Positions 18,507 through 26,725 of a DNA stretch of 64,000 bases are shown here, piece after piece. Each line of letters begins with the position of its first letter. Within the stretch, counting starts at the first letter, position 1. The stretch covers positions 9,815 through 73,814 of the forward strand of contig CAILUD010000101.1 of assembly GCA_903837285.1 (NCBI GenBank), written 5' to 3'. A program made the translations under genes and the position numbers. This DNA comes from an uncultured Bacteroidota bacterium. GTDB taxonomy: Bacteria > Bacteroidota > Bacteroidia > Bacteroidales > GWA2-32-17. The notes beneath the pieces were generated by a model. It saw only the letters and a program-made list of their open reading frames with translations, did not search any database and was not told the DNA's origin.

Positions 18507-19964
18507 ATGGGCAAGTTAAATCATTTGAATCCTACGCAAGTATGGGAAAATTTTGAAGCGTTGTGTAATATTCCTCACCCTTCAAAAAAAGAAGAAAAGA
18601 TTATTCAGTACATGAAAGAGTTTGGCGAAAAGCTCGGATTAAAAACTATTGTTGACGAAGTTGGTAACGTAATAATTAAAAAACCTGCTACACCAGGAAT
18701 GGAAAATCGCAGAGGAATTATTATGCAGGGACATCTTGATATGGTTCCACAAAAAAACAGTGATAAAGTTCACGATTTTGAAAAAGATCCTATTGTTCCC
18801 TGGATTGATGGTGATTGGGTAAAAGCTACTGGAACAACCCTTGGTGCTGATAATGGATTAGGTGTTGCTGCAGCAATGGCAGTAATGCAAGCCACAGATT
18901 TTGCTCACGGTCCGGTAGAATGCTTATTTACAGTTGACGAAGAAACGGGTATGACAGGTGCTTTTGAATTAAAGCCTGGAATTATTGATGGTGACATTCT
19001 TTTAAATCTTGATTCAGAGGACGAAGGCGAGCTTTATGTAGGTTGCGCCGGAGGTATTGATGCAAGCATTAAATTTCATTATACAGAAGAGGCAGTTCCT
19101 GCAAACCATGTAGCTTATAAACTTTCTATTACAGGTTTAAAAGGCGGTCACTCTGGATTAGAAATTATTCTTTACAGAGGAAACTCTAATAAGTTAATGA
19201 ACAGATTCTTTAAATATGCTCAAAAAGAATTTAATTTAAGAGTTGCAACTATTGATGGCGGTAGTTTAAGAAACGCTATTCCACGCGAATCATTCGCTAC
19301 AGTTGTTATACCTACGGATAAAGAAGCTGCTTTTGTAAAAGGAATTTCTTCTTTTGAAACTATAGTAAAAAAAGAATTTTCTGATGCAGATCCTGATTTT
19401 AAATTTGCTTTTGAAAAAACTGCAATGCCTGCAAACATTTTCGATTTGAAAACTCAAACCGAATTGATTAATGCAATTTATGCTTGTCCAAATGGAGTTA
19501 TAAGAATGAGCGACTCAATGCCAGGATTAGTAGAAACATCAACAAATTTAGCGATTGTAAAATCTGCAAATGGTGTTATTTCTATTGCATGTTTGTTACG
19601 CAGTTCTGTTGATTCTGCTAAAGAAGACTTAGTTGAAGCAATTCACAGTACATTTGCAATGACAAGTGCAAAAATAGAATTTGAAGGCGGTTACCCAGGC
19701 TGGAAACCAAATATGAATTCGGCAATTCTTAAAACTGCTGGTGAAGTTTATCAAAAGAAATTTGGTAAAGTTCCAGATATTAAGGCTATTCACGCTGGTT
19801 TAGAATGTGGTTTACTTGGAGGAGTTTATCCAAGTTGGGATATGATTTCATTCGGACCAACTATTCGTTATCCTCACTCTCCAGACGAAAAAGCAAACAT
19901 ACCTTCGGTACAAAAATTCTGGGATTTCTTAGTTGAAGTTCTAAAAAATGCACCTTTGAAATAA
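18507..19964 (+). CDS. pepD: Aminoacyl-histidine (Xaa-His) dipeptidase, M20C
   Basis: 485 aa. IPHPSKKEEKI, QGHLDMVPQKN, GTTLGADNG, FTVDEETGMTGA, typical PepD length. Confidence 0.9.
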   Translation: MGKLNHLNPTQVWENFEALCNIPHPSKKEEKIIQYMKEFGEKLGLKTIVDEVGNVIIKKPATPGMENRRGIIMQGHLDMVPQKNSDKVHDFEKDPIVPWIDGDWVKATGTTLGADNGLGVAAAMAVMQATDFAHGPVECLFTVDEETGMTGAFELKPGIIDGDILLNLDSEDEGELYVGCAGGIDASIKFHYTEEAVPANHVAYKLSITGLKGGHSGLEIILYRGNSNKLMNRFFKYAQKEFNLRVATIDGGSLRNAIPRESFATVVIPTDKEAAFVKGISSFETIVKKEFSDADPDFKFAFEKTAMPANIFDLKTQTELINAIYACPNGVIRMSDSMPGLVETSTNLAIVKSANGVISIACLLRSSVDSAKEDLVEAIHSTFAMTSAKIEFEGGYPGWKPNMNSAILKTAGEVYQKKFGKVPDIKAIHAGLECGLLGGVYPSWDMISFGPTIRYPHSPDEKANIPSVQKFWDFLVEVLKNAPLK

Positions 19965-19982
19965 TTTTTTAAAAAATAATTT

Positions 19983-20021
19983 AAGCCGTATTCTAATTAG
20001 GTATTAGAATACGGCTTTTTT
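19983..20021 (+). terminator. Strong rho-independent terminator of pepD
   Basis: 15-bp perfect stem AAGCCGTATTCTAAT / ATTAGAATACGGCTT, 5-nt loop, T run. Confidence 0.85.
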
Positions 20022-20153
20022 ATTTTACTGTAATCTTGAATGTTAAAAATTCGATAAAATAACTACAGATTCTACACTACTTTTTTTTGATACAAATATG
20101 AATTTTAAGGACTAAAATTAATCTTCTAAATGTTTAGTAGCCGATATTTTTTA

Positions 20154-20161
20154 TAGCTTTG
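20154..20161 (+). promoter_or_regulatory. Candidate -7 box (TAGCTTTG)
   Basis: TAnnTTTG match 72 nt upstream of the 20233 start. Confidence 0.35.
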
Positions 20162-20232
20162 CCGTGTTTTAAAAATACGTTCTTATCCTAAATTAAAATC
20201 AGGTTATAAATAAATCTCAATATTAATTTATC

Positions 20233-21630
20233 ATGGTTGAAAAAATTCAGAAGACCTTAAGAGACAGCAAAGCAGCTCGTTGGACAGCTTTAGCAGTGGT
20301 TGCATTTACAATGCTTTGTGGTTATTATTTAGCAGATGTAATGGCTCCATTAAGCGGACTTTTAGAAGGACAATTACATTGGAACAGTGAAGACTACGGT
20401 TTTTTCACAAGTGCATATGGTTGGTTTAACGTATTCTTATTCTTCTTAATTATTGGAGGTATTATTCTCGACAAAATGGGAGTAAGATTTACTGGATTAA
20501 TGGCAACTATAATAATGGTTGTGGGAATTGGATTAAAATACTGGGCAGTATCAACAACATCGCTTGATGGTGTAATTATTTTTGGTTGGAAAGGGCAGGT
20601 AATGTTAGCTGCACTAGGATTTGCTATTTTCGGAGTTGGAATTGAAGTAGCTGGAATTACTGTTTCTAAAATTATTGTAAAATGGTTTAAAGGAAAAGAG
20701 ATGGCGCTTGCAATGGGTTTAGAAATGGCAACTGCAAGAATTGGTACTGGCTTAGCTATCGGAACATCACTTCCAATTGCAAAATATTTCGGCACAGTTT
20801 CTATGCCTCTGCTTTTTGGACTAGTTATGGCTTGCATAGGATTAATAGCATTCATTTTATATACATTTCAGGACAAAAAACTTGATATATCACAAGCTGC
20901 TTTTGACAAACAAAATGCTGTTGAAAATACCGAAGAAGCATTTAGTGTAAAAGATATATTGAAGATTGTTACAAATAAAGGCTGGTGGTATATTGCTTTA
21001 CTATGTGTATTATTTTATTCTGCAGTATTCCCATTTCTTAAATATGCTACAGATTTAATGATTCAGAAATTTCATGTTCCAGAAGATTGGGCTGGCCTAA
21101 TTCCTGCTTTGCTTCCATTTGGAACAATTGTATTAACACCTTTCTTTGGTAATTTATATGACCGTAAAGGAAAAGGTGCTACCATTATGATTATTGGTTC
21201 GCTTTTACTGATTTTTGTACATACAATGTTTTCAATTCCATTTTTAAGCCATTGGTTAGTTGCAATAGTATTAACAATTATTTTAGGAATAGGTTTCTCA
21301 TTAGTTCCTTCAGCAATGTGGCCATCTGTTCCAAAGATTATTCCTGAAAATCAATTAGGAACTGCATACTCTTTAATTTTCTGGGTACAAAACTGGGGAT
21401 TAATGGGCGTACCTTATTTAATTGGATGGGTATTAGAAAATTATTGCGTAACACACCGAGTTGGCGAAACTGTTGATGGAATTGTGCTAACAACAACGCA
21501 ATACAACTACACTATTCCAATGATGATTTTCACATTATTAAGCGTTCTTGCTTTAGGTGTTTCGTTATTACTTAAAGCTGAAGACAAGAAAAAAGGATAT
21601 GGTCTACAGTTACCAAACATTAAAAAATAA
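20233..21630 (+). CDS. MFS transporter (MFSD1-like by N-terminal pattern)
   Basis: 465 aa with about 12 hydrophobic helices. The N-terminal pattern Y..D...PL...L......DYG...S.Y...N......GG...D..G.R resembles what I recall of MFSD1-type dipeptide carriers. Confidence 0.8.
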   Translation: MVEKIQKTLRDSKAARWTALAVVAFTMLCGYYLADVMAPLSGLLEGQLHWNSEDYGFFTSAYGWFNVFLFFLIIGGIILDKMGVRFTGLMATIIMVVGIGLKYWAVSTTSLDGVIIFGWKGQVMLAALGFAIFGVGIEVAGITVSKIIVKWFKGKEMALAMGLEMATARIGTGLAIGTSLPIAKYFGTVSMPLLFGLVMACIGLIAFILYTFQDKKLDISQAAFDKQNAVENTEEAFSVKDILKIVTNKGWWYIALLCVLFYSAVFPFLKYATDLMIQKFHVPEDWAGLIPALLPFGTIVLTPFFGNLYDRKGKGATIMIIGSLLLIFVHTMFSIPFLSHWLVAIVLTIILGIGFSLVPSAMWPSVPKIIPENQLGTAYSLIFWVQNWGLMGVPYLIGWVLENYCVTHRVGETVDGIVLTTTQYNYTIPMMIFTLLSVLALGVSLLLKAEDKKKGYGLQLPNIKK

Positions 21631-21642
21631 CAAACTTTATTT

Positions 21643-21674
21643 CACAGAGTTCCTTTCAGGAGACACTGTGAGAC
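21643..21674. repeat. REP-like palindromic element, family A, single copy
   Basis: CACAGAGTTCCTTTCAGGAGACACTGTGAGAC differs at 3 of 32 positions from 29648-29679. Lies between the MFS stop and its terminator. Confidence 0.75.
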
Positions 21675-21700
21675 TTAAATAACAAATTATAGAATATTCT

Positions 21701-21729
21701 AAAAGGTGCCTCAAAAGGGCACCTTTTTT
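21701..21729 (+). terminator. Rho-independent terminator of the MFS gene
   Basis: AAAAGGTGCC / GGCACCTTTT stem, 7-nt loop, T run. Confidence 0.8.
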
Positions 21730-21845
21730 ATTTGTAGTTATTTGAATTAATAACGCTTACTGTCAGGTCGAAAAACAATGTTAAAACATTTAGTGGATGG
21801 AGACAAAAACTATGGTGGAAGGAATTTAATAAATTACAATAAGTA

Positions 21846-21878
21846 TTTGCTTTTAACAAACAAAAAATTGTACTTTTG
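21846..21878 (+). promoter_or_regulatory. Candidate Bacteroidota promoter (TTTG-N21-TACTTTTG)
   Basis: -33 TTTG at 21846-21849 and -7 TACTTTTG at 21871-21878, upstream of the 21935/21971 start. Confidence 0.45.
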
Positions 21879-21934
21879 TTTAGTTAAAGATAATTAATTC
21901 AATCGCATATATAATTACATATATAAAAATAAAG

Positions 21935-23728
21935 ATGTTAAAAAGGTTTATTAAGAAAAAAATTAACATTATGAAATTAATATTGACCATAATTACGGTG
22001 CTATTTTTTTTAGATCTTGTTGCACAGAACAAAGGCATGCAATTTAGGGAACTAGATAGTAATTATGTTATTACGCCTGATAATATTGCGATTAATTTTA
22101 TTAATAACTTTTCTGTTGAATTCTGGATGAAGCCAAACAAAACAGAAATGTGGGCAGTACTTTTACAAGAAGGGGTTTGTACTGCTGGGACTTTTTCTTA
22201 TCATATTGGTATTAATCCTGATAGTACCTTGAGCTTTACTTTTAATTGCACTGGCAACTGTAACAATACTAAAAGCTATAAATGTGATACCAAACTTCAT
22301 CCTGGAGTCTGTTTGCATGTTGCCGTTACATATTCTAGTTCAGGAATAAAGATTTACTTTAACGGTGTTCTTCAACCCGGACATTATTCTATCGGATCGT
22401 TTTGCAATAATTTAGAACAAACAGCTGATCCCTTAAGAATTGGCTGTTATAAATATTATAACGGATCGCTGGGGGCATGGTATGATGGAATGCTTGATGA
22501 GCTTAGATTATGGAGCAAAGTACTTACTCCTTCTGAGATACTTTCCAATTACACAGATACGCTTACAGGCAACGAAACAGATTTGCGACTATATTATAAG
22601 TTTAATGAAAATATACAAGGACCGGGTATGACAATTGTTAATTCAGCAGCAACAGGTTCTGCACTAAACGGGAATACATTTAGCGAAAGTGCAACAAGTC
22701 CTTACCCTATTACTCCTTGCTTTTTATACCATAATTGCAATTTTCATCCTTTAATTGTTACAGACGGTTCACCAACTATTTGTCAGGGTGAGGATGTTCT
22801 GCTATCATCATCTTCACAAGGGAGTACTCATACATACCAATGGTTTCTAAATAGTTTACCCATTGCAGGACAAACCGGTGCTGATTTTGTAGCTACTTCT
22901 TCTGGTAGTTATTCTTTTGTAGCCGATTCACTCGGATGTGTTGAGGCATCAAATGTGGTAAACGTTGTTGTAAATCCCTTACCAACAGTAACACTAAATC
23001 CCCTTCCTACATATATCATTTACAGCGCACCAGGTATTTCAATGACAGGAAATCCTGTTGGTGGTATATTTTCAGGAGTTGGGGTTTCAGGAAATATTTT
23101 TAATGCCAGTATTGCCGGATTGGGAACACATGTAGTTAATTACAGTTTTACAAATGCAAATAACTGCACCGGAACAGCATCGTCTTCAACCCTTGTTTAT
23201 GACACCACAGGAATTGTATGCACAACTTATCTCGATACTATAATAACATGGACTTACGATACAGCTCACATTGTAGTGGCAGATACAAATTACATAACAA
23301 TTACTGACACTATTCATCTTTCAGTAACTGATACAATTTACAATATTATTACGGATACTATTCAACTTGTAATTACAGATACTATTTATCATACCATTAC
23401 AGATACAATTTTTACATCAGTTGCAGATACGCTTGTTATAAATGCAGTACTTACTGGAGTTGCACCTCCTAATAATATTAACATATTGCAAATATATCCG
23501 AATCCAGCATTAACCTATATAATCATCGACAATGGAAATTTTAGCAGTATGAATGGTTATACGGTGAGAATTGATAATGATATTAGTCAGACTGTATTTA
23601 CATCACTTGTAAATCAGCAGTCTTTTTATATTGATCTTTCTACGTGGACAGGTAATGGGCTTTATTTCGTTTATGTGATAGATGATTTTGGAAATATTAT
23701 TGTTACTCGAAAAATTATTTTGCAGTAA
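21935..23728 (+). CDS. T9SS type-A cargo protein with LamG/concanavalin-like domain, Ig-like region and octapeptide repeats
   Basis: 597 aa. LamG_3-like pattern (FSVEFWMKP...LDELRLWSKVLTPSEI). C-terminal IYPNPA...LYFVYV Por-secretion tail. The real start may be Met13 (21971, MKLILTIITVLFF). Confidence 0.8.
   Translation: MLKRFIKKKINIMKLILTIITVLFFLDLVAQNKGMQFRELDSNYVITPDNIAINFINNFSVEFWMKPNKTEMWAVLLQEGVCTAGTFSYHIGINPDSTLSFTFNCTGNCNNTKSYKCDTKLHPGVCLHVAVTYSSSGIKIYFNGVLQPGHYSIGSFCNNLEQTADPLRIGCYKYYNGSLGAWYDGMLDELRLWSKVLTPSEILSNYTDTLTGNETDLRLYYKFNENIQGPGMTIVNSAATGSALNGNTFSESATSPYPITPCFLYHNCNFHPLIVTDGSPTICQGEDVLLSSSSQGSTHTYQWFLNSLPIAGQTGADFVATSSGSYSFVADSLGCVEASNVVNVVVNPLPTVTLNPLPTYIIYSAPGISMTGNPVGGIFSGVGVSGNIFNASIAGLGTHVVNYSFTNANNCTGTASSSTLVYDTTGIVCTTYLDTIITWTYDTAHIVVADTNYITITDTIHLSVTDTIYNIITDTIQLVITDTIYHTITDTIFTSVADTLVINAVLTGVAPPNNINILQIYPNPALTYIIIDNGNFSSMNGYTVRIDNDISQTVFTSLVNQQSFYIDLSTWTGNGLYFVYVIDDFGNIIVTRKIILQ
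23231..23446 (+). repeat. Nine tandem 24-nt (8-aa) repeats inside the LamG/T9SS gene
   Basis: LDTIITWT YDTAHIVV ADTNYITI TDTIHLSV TDTIYNII TDTIQLVI TDTIYHTI TDTIFTSV ADTLVINA, with an exact 8-residue register. Confidence 0.85.
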
Positions 23729-23850
23729 AAATTAAAGGCAGCTCTAAATATAAGTATAATCTTACCAACTTGGTCTATAGAACAGAATATACTTAATTAA
23801 CGCAAGTTATCTTAACAAAATATACAATCAAAAAATTGTAATGCTGTAAT

Positions 23851-24369
23851 TTACTTCAATTCAATTTCTTTCTTTAAGAATATATACAAATAAAAACTAT
23901 ATATAACCGTTGTTATAATCTGAATATAAATAGGTGTAGAAATTAATTCAGTATTTAGAAAAGTTAATTTAATAATCCCAAATTTTATAATATAGTAAAG
24001 TGTTTTACTTATTAATATACTCAACAGTATTGCCGGAAAATAATGCTTTATTTTTTTAGCAAATAAAAAGAATAAAAAAACATTCATTGATAATTCAAAT
24101 GCAATTAGCATCATCTTTGGTAACTCAGGATGACTTGAAATTAAAAATGAAAATAATGGTAATGTTACAGCAAGTATATATGCATTTCTTTTTGTTGTAT
24201 GAACAAGAGCAATTATTAACATTAATCGCATAGGTTCAATTAAATATACCGGCAAACTAATTAAATGTGAAATTGTTGGAACCAGATAAATAAATGCTAA
24301 TGCACTAATATCAATTAAAACAGCAGTTAATGATATTCTTTGAAATATAGGAGCTGTTAGTACTTTCAT
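23851..24369 (-). CDS. Small polytopic membrane protein, unknown function
   Basis: 172 aa with about 5 hydrophobic helices. Start is 4 nt downstream of the stop of the DUF362-like gene, so probably co-transcribed. Confidence 0.6.
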   Translation of the reverse strand: MKVLTAPIFQRISLTAVLIDISALAFIYLVPTISHLISLPVYLIEPMRLMLIIALVHTTKRNAYILAVTLPLFSFLISSHPELPKMMLIAFELSMNVFLFFLFAKKIKHYFPAILLSILISKTLYYIIKFGIIKLTFLNTELISTPIYIQIITTVIYSFYLYIFLKKEIELK

Positions 24370-24372
24370 AAA

Positions 24373-26361
24373 TTATTTAGTTTTAATAATTTTTATATCT
24401 AATTTTCTACCTGATTCATTCAATCTTAAAATATATATTCCATTTTTAAATGAATTAATATTTATTTGTTTTTCAGATTTGTTATGAATGGTTCCAAAAA
24501 GCAAAACTTTAGCAGAAATATCGCTTATACTATATTCAACCGTTTTATTTTCTAAATTGGATATACTGATAAAATCTCTTGCAGGGTTTGGATAAACACT
24601 AACATTAAGATTATTATTTTCTGCAATTCCTATACCTCCATCATGAACTTTATAAAGCTCAATTCCATTTCCTGTTCCAAGATTTCGTGTATATTGTTTA
24701 TTTATCGAATCGTTCCAATGTTCATGAACACCTAAAGAAGCTATAAGTACACCGTCGTTATCCGGATCATAAATTATATTATCAGGCCACAATGATGAAT
24801 CGGCTGCCTGATGCAAATAATCATCAACACCAAACCAGTTTGGTCTGCTTTCAGCTATAGTTGGTCCGTTATATTCAGTTCTTAAAAAATCGTGACAAAC
24901 CGATTCAATTGCAACCGGATCTAGAGACATGAAAATTGAAGAACACCAGTCATTATTGAAAGGTAATGAAGACCATTTTGCTGGAACTCCACCAGCATCT
25001 TCTCCCGGATAAAGTGCATCAATAACAATTAACAGATTTTTACCACTTAATAATTTATGCATCATTATATCAGTCTGCACCCTATATAAACCATAACCTA
25101 ATCTTGTTGGTCCATCATACCCACCCATTAAGCCATCATGAAGGTGCAATGCCCACTCTCTTGTAAAAGAACCAAAATGATTCTTTGCAGCCAAAGTAAT
25201 TCCAGCAGAAGAATGAGCTTTCATTGTTGGAATATTAATAAGATAATCGATATCATCAAAAATTGTAAATAACTTATCAGTTACAGCTTGAGTCATGACA
25301 GTTCCATGATCAGAAAAGAATACTTTGTCTTGTGTTGTAACAACAACCGGAGTTCTTCCATTTCCAACAACATCAATTTCCGGATGGATTAAATTATTTC
25401 CTAAATAATTTACATTTGGAAATTCGTTGTGCCATAAATCGAATAATTCTTTATAAATATTACGTGCAGGATCTCCAATATATATCATGCTTTCTGGCAC
25501 CTGGGCAACAGTTACTAATTGCCGCAACATTGAAAGTACAATATATGGGTTTGTTTCAGATGCAAAAGGATTAACAGTAATATTATCTGTTCTGCTTAAA
25601 TCTGCATAAAACTTAGCTTGAGCTAAACCTCCATTTGCAGATGTGCAATTAATTTTCAAAAAAATCTTTTGTCCCGATGTATAACCAACATTTCCATGTC
25701 CATTTTTAACATTAAAATATTTAAAAATCTTATCCCATGCTTGCACATTTGATGTTTCTCCTGCAATAGCATTTATTGATTTAATAATCATGCTATCTAT
25801 AACCTGCCCATTATTATTTGCACTCATAAACCAGCCATCATCGCCAGCATCAATTATACCATTACCATTTGTTGTATTTGTGCAATTTTCATTTGTTGCA
25901 TCTGGGTTCCACATCCATGTTACACGACCTTGTATAATTCCTTGAGCTACTCCAATCGGAGCATTTGGAGTAAAAGCTGTTACATCTTTAATACTTTTTC
26001 CTGCAAATGAATTATTTGGTAACAAAACATTTGAAAAAAGAAAAATTGATGTAGCCAATATTAAAAAAATAAAAGACAGCGCATATTTTGATTTAAAGAA
26101 GTACACTCTAAATTGTTTTAAGGCAATAACTGCACCTCCCAGGCTTAATATATAAATCACAAAACCTGACATTAAAGGTGCTGTAGCTTGCATGCAGGGA
26201 TAATTTGCTCTACTTGGCTTAGGAATAACTCTTATTAAAAACCATATAGTTGCCAAGAATCCCAACACAAGAAAAACAAGTTTAGTATTTATTTTCTTCT
26301 CTTTTAGAAAAGAAATTAATTTTTGAAATTTATTTGGCAGATATGGTAGAGGATTATACAT
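24373..26361 (-). CDS. DUF362-like domain protein with three N-terminal hydrophobic segments and a T9SS type-A C-terminal domain
   Basis: 662 aa. MKAHSSAGITLAAKNHFGS resembles the DUF362 core motif. C-terminal VYPNPARDFISI...GIYILRL is a Por-secretion tail. N-terminal 115 aa hold 3 hydrophobic stretches and KPSRANYPC. Confidence 0.65.
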   Translation of the reverse strand: MYNPLPYLPNKFQKLISFLKEKKINTKLVFLVLGFLATIWFLIRVIPKPSRANYPCMQATAPLMSGFVIYILSLGGAVIALKQFRVYFFKSKYALSFIFLILATSIFLFSNVLLPNNSFAGKSIKDVTAFTPNAPIGVAQGIIQGRVTWMWNPDATNENCTNTTNGNGIIDAGDDGWFMSANNNGQVIDSMIIKSINAIAGETSNVQAWDKIFKYFNVKNGHGNVGYTSGQKIFLKINCTSANGGLAQAKFYADLSRTDNITVNPFASETNPYIVLSMLRQLVTVAQVPESMIYIGDPARNIYKELFDLWHNEFPNVNYLGNNLIHPEIDVVGNGRTPVVVTTQDKVFFSDHGTVMTQAVTDKLFTIFDDIDYLINIPTMKAHSSAGITLAAKNHFGSFTREWALHLHDGLMGGYDGPTRLGYGLYRVQTDIMMHKLLSGKNLLIVIDALYPGEDAGGVPAKWSSLPFNNDWCSSIFMSLDPVAIESVCHDFLRTEYNGPTIAESRPNWFGVDDYLHQAADSSLWPDNIIYDPDNDGVLIASLGVHEHWNDSINKQYTRNLGTGNGIELYKVHDGGIGIAENNNLNVSVYPNPARDFISISNLENKTVEYSISDISAKVLLFGTIHNKSEKQININSFKNGIYILRLNESGRKLDIKIIKTK

Positions 26362-26412
26362 GTTGTTTTTAGATTTACAATAAATAATTCAAATCCAAAG
26401 AATAATGCTAAT

Positions 26413-26444
26413 CAAATTTAAGCATTAACAATTTCAAAAACAAA
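26413..26444 (-). promoter_or_regulatory. Candidate promoter (TTTG-N20-TAAATTTG on minus strand) for the DUF362-like gene
   Basis: Plus strand shows CAAATTTA at 26413-26420 and CAAA at 26441-26444. It is a duplicate of the promoter at 28904-28935. Confidence 0.5.
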
Positions 26445-26447
26445 CTA

Positions 26448-26562
26448 TTATTCCGTAATATTTAACAAATCAGGATATTTAAACTTATAGTTTAATTTCT
26501 CTATTAACTTTTTGCTTGAAACTTTTTTGTTCCATCAAATACTAGTATTTATATACCAATAA
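26448..26562 (-). pseudogene. Relic of the last about 40 codons of the Rossmann-fold gene (paralogue of 28939-29069)
   Basis: Retains the stop and ...NYKFKYPDLLNITE coding sequence. A 16-nt deletion relative to the intact gene breaks the frame, and no upstream ORF exists. Confidence 0.75.
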
Positions 26563-26725
26563 TATAAAAATTCTAACATAATCCACAATGTATATTTGTT
26601 TTTCATATCATGTTAGGTTGAAATTTTTCAGCAGCTAACAAACATAAAGCTTTCACTGTTAAATCAAAAAACCATACAGCATGGAATACTCGACAGATAA
26701 ATTTTTACCTATTGTTATATATAGC

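Larger units (their letters stand above)
26387..26562. repeat. Direct repeat copy A (paralogue of 28878-29069)
   Basis: Colinear with copy B at a constant offset of 2491 nt over about 125 nt, then a 16-nt deletion. The central about 70 nt are identical except for 1 nt. Confidence 0.85.

Noticed and set aside
20394-20855. 153-aa minus-strand ORF inside the MFS transporter gene
   Set aside because: It is antisense to a 465-aa ORF with a clear 12-helix MFS pattern. Its composition mirrors the hydrophobic codons on the opposite strand.
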